From positions 5,009 through 69,008 of the forward strand of contig DAIDUQ010000065.1 in NCBI GenBank assembly GCA_027456605.1: a stretch of 64,000 nt of DNA, read 5' to 3'. The notes beneath the pieces are model-generated. The model saw only the letters and a list, made by a program, of their open reading frames with translations, was not told where the DNA came from and did not search any database. A program made the position numbers and the translations under genes. Source of the DNA: Steroidobacteraceae bacterium. GTDB lineage: Bacteria > Pseudomonadota > Gammaproteobacteria > Steroidobacterales > Steroidobacteraceae. This document shows positions 57,157-64,000 of the stretch, in pieces. Every line of letters starts with the position of its first letter. Within the stretch, counting starts at the first letter, position 1.

Positions 57157-58410
57157 TCATGGGGCGCGCAGCGACGCCTCGAGCGCATCCATCAGACCCG
57201 CAATCTCCCCAGCGGTCGTGTAGTGCACGAATGAAATGCGCGCGACACCCCTGTGCGGATCGACATTCATTGCCTGCAGCAGGCGCACGGCATAGAACCC
57301 GCCATACCCGATCATGAATCCGCGGCGCGCGAGCCGCTCGCCGAGCTCCCGGGGCGTGACGCAACGCGGCACGAATGCGACCGTCGCGGCGCGCTCGGCC
57401 GCCTGGGCGGGGCCGAGCAGCCGGATGTCCGTCCGGCGCCCGAGGAACTCGAGCAGAGTCGACAGCAACGGCAGCTCGACCGCGCGCAGTGCCTCGCGCA
57501 CGCGCCGCGGCCGCTGCGCGGGCGTCCCACCCGGATGATGGCGCGCGTCGAGCAGATCGAAGTACTCGGCAATTCCGCGCGAGGCCGCCACTTGCGCGTG
57601 ATCCGCGCCGGCCGGCGTCAGACGCTTGAAGGGCTCGTGACTGTTGAAGTAGTGACCCTCGTTGCCGAGCTGCTCGAGCAGTCGCGGGCCGAGCACCATG
57701 ACACCCTGATGCGGCCCAAACGTCTTGTACAGCGAAAACAGATAGATGTCCGCGCCCAGCGCGCGGACCTCCGGCAGACCGTGCGGCGCCGAGGACACTC
57801 CGTCGACCACTGTGAGCGCCCCGACCGTGCGCGCCCTCGCGGTAATGTCCCTGACCGGATTGTTGTGTCCGACGATGTTTGAGACATGCGGGAACGCCAG
57901 CAGCCGCGTACGGCGCGACAGCAGGGCGTCGAGCTGGCGCACATCGAGACACCCCGTCCCGGGGTCCACCCGCCATTCCTTGACGACCGCGCCTTGGTCC
58001 GCCAGCCGCCGCCAGGCGCCGCTGTTGGCCTCGTGATCCTGATTGGTGACGATGATCTCGTCGCCGGACTTCAGCAGCGGACGAACGGCGTGCGCGAGCA
58101 CGTAGGTGTTCTGCGAGGTCGAGGGCCCGAACTGCACCTCGCCGGCCGGAACCCCCAGGTACTCCCCGAGCCGCTCGCGCGCCGCCTCCATCCATTGGGC
58201 GGCTTCCACCGACGCCGCGGACGCGTAGCCCGGCTGGACCTTCAAGCGGCGGTAGTATTCCTGCAGGCGCCCGATGACCGCTGCGCAGGCATACGAGCCG
58301 CCGGCGTTGTCGAAGAATGCCTGGCCCGCAAGCGTCGGCTCACTGAACGCAGGGAACTGGGCGCGGACAAAATCCGGATCGAGCGCCGATGCGGCGTGCG
58401 TCGTTTCCAT
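57157..58410 (-). CDS. class V PLP aminotransferase/cysteine desulfurase-like enzyme
   Basis: ATG 58410 (METTHAAS) has GGGGAGGA upstream, within track ORF 57157..58518. Motifs: FFDNAGGSYA, IVTNQDHEANSGAW, HVSNIVG, LFSLYKTFGPHQG (PLP-Lys). Confidence 0.8.
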   Translation of the reverse strand: METTHAASALDPDFVRAQFPAFSEPTLAGQAFFDNAGGSYACAAVIGRLQEYYRRLKVQPGYASAASVEAAQWMEAARERLGEYLGVPAGEVQFGPSTSQNTYVLAHAVRPLLKSGDEIIVTNQDHEANSGAWRRLADQGAVVKEWRVDPGTGCLDVRQLDALLSRRTRLLAFPHVSNIVGHNNPVRDITARARTVGALTVVDGVSSAPHGLPEVRALGADIYLFSLYKTFGPHQGVMVLGPRLLEQLGNEGHYFNSHEPFKRLTPAGADHAQVAASRGIAEYFDLLDARHHPGGTPAQRPRRVREALRAVELPLLSTLLEFLGRRTDIRLLGPAQAAERAATVAFVPRCVTPRELGERLARRGFMIGYGGFYAVRLLQAMNVDPHRGVARISFVHYTTAGEIAGLMDALEASLRAP

Positions 58411-58688
58411 ACCATCCTCCCCATTTATCCCGAATCGTTGATTCATCAACCTCACATGCGCCCTCGATAGCCACGGGCGGAGTGGATTTCGAGCCGGAAG
58501 CGATGCGCCGCCGGGCAAGCCTCGAGCCCGTCGTGGCGACGAGCAAGGCGAGATTCAGGCGGCCGCCCGCGCCCCGCCGGCACCTCGCGGCCAACAGCCG
58601 TGCCCCGCGGCCCTGCGCATGCACAGGGCTCGCGGATGAAATCCCCGAGGACATTGCGCGATTGGGCATACGAACGTCCGGATCTGGA

Positions 58689-59444
58689 CTACAGCGACTG
58701 CGCCGCGGCACGCGCCAGCGTTTCCTCCAGAGGCTCACCCGCGCCCCGCAATGCCGCAAGCTGCGCGGCCGCCCAGGTCTGCACGAGCCGTCCGGCGATC
58801 ATCAGACCGACTTGGTCGGCATGGCGCTCGACGATATCGAGCGCGTGCGTGGCGAGCAGGACCGAGCTGTGGCCGGCTTCGACCCGGGCGTGCAAGTGCC
58901 GTTTCAGGCATGCCGCGCTCGAGGGATCGAGTCCGTTGAAGGCCTCGTCGAGGACGATCAGGCGTGGCGCGCCGATCAACGCCTGCAGCACCGCGAGTTT
59001 CTGCCGCGTCCCCAGCGAATAGGTGTCCACGTACTGATCGAGGAGCGGCGTGACGGCGAACCGCTCCGCCAACTCGAGCACTTCGCCGTCGATGGTCCGC
59101 GCGCCCTTCGCAGCCGCATAGACCTCCAGACACTGCCGGCCGGTGAGAAGACCGGGCAATCGCTCCGGCGCACAGGCGAAGCCGAGTTCCCGCTTGGCGT
59201 TGCGCGCCTCGGTCGCGAGCGACACGCCGCCGAGCTCGATCCGGCCCGCCCGGGGCCGCAACAGTCCCGCGACGCAGTACAGCAGCGTCGACTTGCCGCT
59301 GCCGTTGGGACCGAGCAGCACATACCACTGTCCGAGGCCGACCTCGATGCTCACCTCGCGCAGCACCGTGCGCGCGCCATAGCCGGCGCTCAAACCGCTG
59401 ACACGCAGCAGCGGAGCCGCGGAACTCGCCGCGGCGCCGTTCAT
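58689..59444 (-). CDS. ABC transporter ATP-binding protein
   Basis: ATG 59444 within track ORF 58689..60134. Walker A is GPNGSGKST, the signature-like motif is YSLGTRQKLAVLQAL, and Walker B is LIVLDEAFNGLD. Confidence 0.85.
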   Translation of the reverse strand: MNGAAASSAAPLLRVSGLSAGYGARTVLREVSIEVGLGQWYVLLGPNGSGKSTLLYCVAGLLRPRAGRIELGGVSLATEARNAKRELGFACAPERLPGLLTGRQCLEVYAAAKGARTIDGEVLELAERFAVTPLLDQYVDTYSLGTRQKLAVLQALIGAPRLIVLDEAFNGLDPSSAACLKRHLHARVEAGHSSVLLATHALDIVERHADQVGLMIAGRLVQTWAAAQLAALRGAGEPLEETLARAAAQSL

Positions 59445-60571
59445 CCGCGCCACCGGAACACCGCCCGCTCCGCCTTGGAGCCGGTGCGCGATGCCAGCGC
59501 GCCCACGGCAACGCCGAGCCCGCCCGCCACCACGAGCCAGAGCGCGCAGTCCAGCACGGCGGCGCGCGCCGGCGCCGGACCGCCGAGCGCGTAAGTCAAG
59601 ACGATCAACACGGCGCAAGCGGCGGCGGTCGCCGCCAGGGCGCGCCCACAGAGCGCAACCGCGAAGCGCACCGGCCCGAGGGAGGTCGGCGCGAGCCACC
59701 AGGATGCCGGAAACGCGGTACGCAACATCGCGCGCAGAAGGTTGAGCAAGTGCAGCATCAACAGCCAGACGAACACGGCGGCCAGGATGTGTCCGACCGG
59801 CTCGTTCATGGGTACCGCCAACAGCAACAGCCAGAGGCTGCGCGCCCGGATGTTCGGACGGTCGCCGAATCGCGCCTCGGCGAGCGGCCAGTGCCCGAGC
59901 GGAGACAACACCGCATGGGTGGCCCATCCGGACCGCGGGCGCTCGCCCAGCGAATGACGCGAGCGCCGCCGCACCCGCAGGTCGGCCCGGCCGCGCCGCG
60001 CGCGCCACTCGAGCACCGCCGCGATGGCGGCGGCAAGCGTCACGCCGATCGCGGCGCCGGCGAAGCAGACCACGATGAGGCGGGCGGGCATCCACGCCGG
60101 CAGCCGCGCAATAGCCGAGGCCAGCGCGAGCCACAGGGCCGCCGCGAGCCCGAGCGCCAGCGGCCCGCTCGCGGCGCGGACCATCGGCGACACATCGCTC
60201 GGCAGCGCGCCAAGCCAGCGGCGGTGAGCCTCACGCGCGATCCGGCGGCGTCGGCGCGCCACGAGGACCGTCGCAATCAGGGTGGAGATCGTCAGGACCA
60301 GCCACGGCTCGCGCGCCGCGGCCGCGATCGCCCGCGCGACCGCGCTCGCTCGCCCGAGCGCCACGAACGCGCCCAGCGCGAACGGCGCGGCAAGCCCGGC
60401 AAGCGGCCAGCGCCGCAGCGCATTGCGTCCGGTCAGCCACACGACGCGAGCCGACGGCCGCGCATCGAGCCACGAACCTACGGCGTCGCGCATGGCGCGC
60501 CACGCGCGAGGGACACGCCCGCGGGACAGGCCCGACCCGCGCCCGCGCCGCGCGCCCGCTCTCCAGCGCAC
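59441..60571 (-). CDS. hypothetical polytopic membrane protein, putative partner of the downstream ABC ATPase
   Basis: 376 aa ORF with about 7 hydrophobic segments separated by Arg-rich loops. A 4-nt ATGA overlap with the ABC ATPase start argues for translation. I recognise no family. The start is uncertain; ATG 60493 is an alternative. Confidence 0.5.
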   Translation of the reverse strand: MRWRAGARRGRGSGLSRGRVPRAWRAMRDAVGSWLDARPSARVVWLTGRNALRRWPLAGLAAPFALGAFVALGRASAVARAIAAAAREPWLVLTISTLIATVLVARRRRRIAREAHRRWLGALPSDVSPMVRAASGPLALGLAAALWLALASAIARLPAWMPARLIVVCFAGAAIGVTLAAAIAAVLEWRARRGRADLRVRRRSRHSLGERPRSGWATHAVLSPLGHWPLAEARFGDRPNIRARSLWLLLLAVPMNEPVGHILAAVFVWLLMLHLLNLLRAMLRTAFPASWWLAPTSLGPVRFAVALCGRALAATAAACAVLIVLTYALGGPAPARAAVLDCALWLVVAGGLGVAVGALASRTGSKAERAVFRWRG

Positions 60572-60923
60572 TCGCGCGCCGGCCCGACGCGCCGGTTGGC
60601 CCGCCTCGGAGCCGAGAGGCCGGCCTGGTCACAAGCGGCGCGTTCCATTCCGGATGACTCCAACACCTCACTGCAGAATGATGGGCATCGGGACGGGCGA
60701 CCCCGAGGCGTGTTCGCATTCTCCTTGCCGTAGTCTCATTCGATCGATCCAGACTGCCCGCGCAGCGGACGCCGTCGCGCGCCGCGACGGGAATTGTCCC
60801 GCGCCAGCCCGCGAAAACGCAAGCGCCGGCGGCGCCGGCAGCGTCCCGGCGACGTGCGCCCTACGGCCGGGAGGCATTGTGTTGACGCAGCGCGGGCGTG
60901 CGCTCGAGCGGATCCCGGCGCCC

Positions 60924-62408
60924 TCACGCGCGCCGCCGCAAACCCTCGAATCGTGCCAGGGCTCGCTTGCGCGCCTCGGCGTGCACGACGATCGGGCGCG
61001 GGTAGCTCTCGCCCAATCTGACGCCGGCTTCCTCCAACACTCTGGGCGCGGCGGTCCATGGCTCGTGGATTGCCGGCGCCGCCAGCGCCCGCAGCTCCGG
61101 AATCCATTCGCGCAGATAAGCGCCGTCCGGATCGAACCGCTGACTCTGTGCGACGGGATTGAAGATGCGGAAGTACGGCGCGGCATCGACGCCGCAGCCG
61201 CTCACCCACTGCCAGTTGAGCGCATTGTTCGCCGTGTCGGCATCGACCAGCGTGTCCCAGAACCACGTCTCGCCGCGCTGCCAGGGAATGAGCAGGTCCT
61301 TGACGAGGAACGAGCCGACGATCATCCGGACGCGATTGTGCATCCAGCCCGTCCGCCACAATTCGCGCATGCCGGCATCGACGATCGGGTATCCCGTGCG
61401 CCCGTGCCGCCACGCTTCCAGTGCGCGCGCATCGTCGCGCCACTCGAAGGCGGCGAATTCCGGGCGCAACGGCCGCACGGGCAGATCGGGGAAGTGGCGC
61501 AGCGTGTAGCGCGCGAACTCGCGCCAGCCGAGCTCGCGCAGAAAGCCCGCGCCCGTCAGCTCGGTCCGCCCCCCCGCCGATCCGCGCAGGACCGCGTGCC
61601 AGACCTGCCGCGCACTGATCTCTCCGAAACGCAGGTGCGGCGACAGGCGCGAAGTGCCCTCGAGCGCCGGGAAATCGCGTGTGCCGCGGTAGTCGGCCGA
61701 CCGCTCGCGCAGGAAGGCGCGCAACCGAGCCGCGGCGCCGCGCTCCCCGGGTGTCCAGATGCTCGCGAACTGCGCGTCCCAGCCGATACGCGGCAATAGA
61801 CCCCAGTCCTCGATCCGCTCGCTCGCCAGCGGCCCACCGTAGCCCGCCAATGCGCGCGGCGCGGGCAGTGGCTCGGCCGGCTCCAGGCTTTGCAGGCGAT
61901 TCCAGAACGGCGTGAAGATCCGAAACGGGCCGCCGCCGCCGGTGACCAGCGCGTCCGGCTCGGCGAGCATTTCCCCGCCGCAGCGCTCATATGCGACGCC
62001 CAACCGGCTCAGCGCCGACTTCAAGGCCGCATCCGCCGCATCGACGAGCGGATCATAGGTGCGATTGCAGATGATGCGCGACGCGCCCGTCGAGACGCTC
62101 AGCTTCGCCAGCACATCGGCCGCTCGACCGCGCCGCAGGAGCAGCCTCGGCGCCTGCCCGAGATCGCGGCCGAGCGCATCGAGCGAAGCGGCCAAGGCGA
62201 TCAGACTGTGGTGCAGCCACCAGCGGGCGGCGCCCCCGAGCGCGCGGCCCGCGCCCGGGCCGTCATCGAGAATGTAGAGCGGTATGACCGGCTGAGCGGA
62301 TTCGCGCGCCCTGAGAAGCGCCGGATTGTCGCTCAGGCGCAGATCGCTGCGCAGCCACACCACCACGGGGCGTGCCGCCGGATCGGGCGATACGCTTGAT
62401 TTGTCCAT
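60924..62408 (-). CDS. phrB: deoxyribodipyrimidine photolyase (class I CPD)
   Basis: ATG 62408 (MDKSSVSPD) within track ORF 60924..62474. Motifs: VVWLRSDLRLSDNPAL, TSRLSPHLRFGEIS, GWMHNRVRMIVGSFLVKDL, DADTANNALNWQW. Confidence 0.9.
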   Translation of the reverse strand: MDKSSVSPDPAARPVVVWLRSDLRLSDNPALLRARESAQPVIPLYILDDGPGAGRALGGAARWWLHHSLIALAASLDALGRDLGQAPRLLLRRGRAADVLAKLSVSTGASRIICNRTYDPLVDAADAALKSALSRLGVAYERCGGEMLAEPDALVTGGGGPFRIFTPFWNRLQSLEPAEPLPAPRALAGYGGPLASERIEDWGLLPRIGWDAQFASIWTPGERGAAARLRAFLRERSADYRGTRDFPALEGTSRLSPHLRFGEISARQVWHAVLRGSAGGRTELTGAGFLRELGWREFARYTLRHFPDLPVRPLRPEFAAFEWRDDARALEAWRHGRTGYPIVDAGMRELWRTGWMHNRVRMIVGSFLVKDLLIPWQRGETWFWDTLVDADTANNALNWQWVSGCGVDAAPYFRIFNPVAQSQRFDPDGAYLREWIPELRALAAPAIHEPWTAAPRVLEEAGVRLGESYPRPIVVHAEARKRALARFEGLRRRA

Positions 62409-62588
62409 TACGATCAGCCTCGGCGAATCCGGTTTGACCCCGGACGGTGGTATCGCGCCGCAAACAGTGTGCATTAGACCGCCCGGTCCTGTCGAGCGCG
62501 GTCGCCTCTGCTATAGTGACGGCAGATTCAGCGCAAACGCCGCCGGGTTGGCGTGCACCGCACGTTCCTTCGGGGAGAACCAACGCGC

Positions 62589-62933
62589 ATGAACAGTCAG
62601 CCGCCGCAATACAACAACACGCCCGCCGCGTTCGACCGCAGCGTCGACAACATCACGTACGGCCTGTATTCCGCCGCGGTCGTGTTCCCGGTGCTCGCCG
62701 TAGCCGCCGTGATCATCGACTACATCAAGCGGTCGGAAGTCCGCGGCACGCTTCTGGAGAGCCATTTCACCTGGCAGATCCGCACCTTCTGGTTCATGCT
62801 CCTGTGGAGCGTGATCGGCGGCCTGCTCTGCCTGATCTTCGTCGGCTGGGCGGTGCTCGCCGCCGCCGGCATCTGGTACATCTACCGCGTGGTCAAAGGC
62901 TGGCTGCGCCTCAGCGAGGGCAGGACTCCGTAA
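62589..62933 (+). CDS. small integral membrane protein (3-4 TM, uncharacterised family)
   Basis: ATG 62589 within track ORF 62553..62933. The sequence reads NITYGLYSAAVVFPVLAVAAVIIDYIKR ... SHFTWQIRTFWFMLLWSVIGGLL. Coding composition is normal. Confidence 0.6.
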   Translation: MNSQPPQYNNTPAAFDRSVDNITYGLYSAAVVFPVLAVAAVIIDYIKRSEVRGTLLESHFTWQIRTFWFMLLWSVIGGLLCLIFVGWAVLAAAGIWYIYRVVKGWLRLSEGRTP

Positions 62934-62942
62934 CGGGGTCCG

Positions 62943-63770
62943 TCAGAACATCACTCCGAGCCCGGCGCCCGTGTAATTCGAGAAGCCGCCGAGGTTCCCC
63001 TGTACGCTCACGCCCTCTTCCAGATCCACTTCGAAATTGCGATTGATGAGGTACTGAATGCCGCCGTCCGCGGCGGTTCCCCAGCCCTGGTCGTATCCCG
63101 ATGACGACTGCGCATAGACCTCCCCATAGAACTGGAAGCGCGGATTCCACAGCCAGGTCACCACCAGGTCGGGATTGAAGCTCGTGTAGCGCTGCCCGCC
63201 CGCCAGGGTCGGCTCGGTCTGCGACGAGACCCCCATCTGGAACGACACGCCGAGCGGACCGTTGCTGCTGTAGCTGACGATCGCATTGGCCGCGCCCCCG
63301 ACCCCGTTGCTGCCGAACTGCGCGTCGCCCGAGGGGAGCGTCGCCAGCGCTTCGGCGGTCCATTGCCAATGTTGGGTCGTGCCGAGCACGTGCTTGAAGC
63401 CGATGGTCGTCGCACCGAAACCGCTCATCGCCGGCGACTGGCCACTGAAGGCCATATATTGGTAATTCGGCGGCAGCCAGACGAACTCCGACTGGTCCGG
63501 CAAGCCGAATCGTAGCTCGAGATTGGGCAGCGTATCCGCGACCCCGCCCGGCAGACCGGGCAGATTTCCGGCGGCGATGCCCGCCTCCAACACCGCCTTG
63601 CCATCCGGCACCACGCAGCTGGAATCCGCGATCGTGGGACGATCGAGCAGACCGAGCAGGCCCGAAGGACCCGCGCAGGGATTGACCACGTTGGAGGCAT
63701 GCGCCGCCGGCAGACACGCTGGCGCGATCGCGGCCAGTCCCAGAAGCATCACACAACAGTGTCTTTTCAA
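62943..63770 (-). CDS. outer-membrane beta-barrel protein (MetA-pathway 'transporter' family-like)
   Basis: TTG 63770 has AGGAGG 7 nt upstream, within track ORF 62943..63866. The signal peptide is (M)KRHCCVMLLGLAAIAPACLPAAHA. It shows an alternating beta-strand pattern and a C-terminal ...GAGLGVMF ending in Phe. Confidence 0.6.
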   Translation of the reverse strand: MKRHCCVMLLGLAAIAPACLPAAHASNVVNPCAGPSGLLGLLDRPTIADSSCVVPDGKAVLEAGIAAGNLPGLPGGVADTLPNLELRFGLPDQSEFVWLPPNYQYMAFSGQSPAMSGFGATTIGFKHVLGTTQHWQWTAEALATLPSGDAQFGSNGVGGAANAIVSYSSNGPLGVSFQMGVSSQTEPTLAGGQRYTSFNPDLVVTWLWNPRFQFYGEVYAQSSSGYDQGWGTAADGGIQYLINRNFEVDLEEGVSVQGNLGGFSNYTGAGLGVMF

Positions 63771-63862
63771 GCGCCATCCTCCTGCGTTTGATCCTGCGCG
63801 GACGGCGGGCGCGACCAAGCGCGCGCGCCGGCCGTCTTGCCGCCTCGTCCGCGCCCGCGCGC

Positions 63863-64000
63863 TCAAATCACGGCCATGGGAATGCCGGCGAGGTAATCCC
63901 GCTTGCCGATCTCGACGCCGCAGTGGCGAAGAATGCCGTAGGCCGTGCTGATGTGAAAGTAAAAATTCGGCAGCACGAAATGATTGAGATAGTCCGCGGC
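63863..64000 (-). CDS. DUF1993 family protein, C-terminal 45 codons (5' end off-window)
   Basis: Manual reverse translation gives AADYLNHFVLPNFYFHISTAYGILRHCGVEIGKRDYLAGIPMAVI*. The motif FYFH..TAY.ILR..GV..GK.DYLG is typical of the family. Confidence 0.6.
   Translation of the reverse strand, partial: AADYLNHFVLPNFYFHISTAYGILRHCGVEIGKRDYLAGIPMAVI

Overview
High-GC (roughly 68-70% by eye) proteobacterial chromosomal segment. It is densely coding: about 57 CDS are called, plus one gene remnant. I saw no rRNA, tRNA, CRISPR array or intact mobile element. Many long ORFs in the supplied track are out-of-frame or antisense artefacts of the GC bias (Arg/Ala/Gly/Pro-rich); these were discarded in favour of frames with recognisable family motifs, and several starts were re-set to internal ATG/GTG/TTG codons with Shine-Dalgarno support. 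Content from left to right: a patatin-like phospholipase (off-window 3' end); small-molecule metabolism (beta-hydroxyacid dehydrogenase-like, pirin, PLP dehydratase); an APC permease with agmatine deiminase; icd; NUDIX; aminotransferase; polyphosphate glucokinase; a puuA/puuD/puuB-like gamma-glutamyl polyamine module; and asd. After a 0.7 kb ORF-poor gap comes a radical SAM/SPASM enzyme, a stand-alone fatty acyl-AMP ligase-carrier protein didomain and an HD-GYP protein. Then follow rlmL, superoxide dismutase, a carboxylesterase, a CysK/CBS-like enzyme, fnr divergent from ubiT with a perfect FNR-type box, an RND pump with adaptor, and cydABX-cydDC. Next is an ECF sigma/anti-sigma pair heading a 7-gene fatty-acyl modification operon (desaturase, FAD oxidoreductase, DUF1365, CFA-synthase-like, DUF2878, DUF1295, second methyltransferase). 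The window ends with a SPOR lipoprotein, marR-emrA-emrB-OMF, a TraR/DksA zinc finger, a SHOCT protein beside a P-type ATPase remnant, a class V aminotransferase, an ABC ATPase with an unusual membrane partner, photolyase, and small membrane/outer-membrane proteins. The best candidate for something undescribed is the orphan rSAM/SPASM + FAAL-ACP cassette (17.5-20.8 kb) and the coding-like spacer after it. The ECF-controlled lipid-modification operon is the second most interesting. Motif coordinates read by hand may be off by 1-2 nt; I saw one 1-nt disagreement with the track near 30,036.
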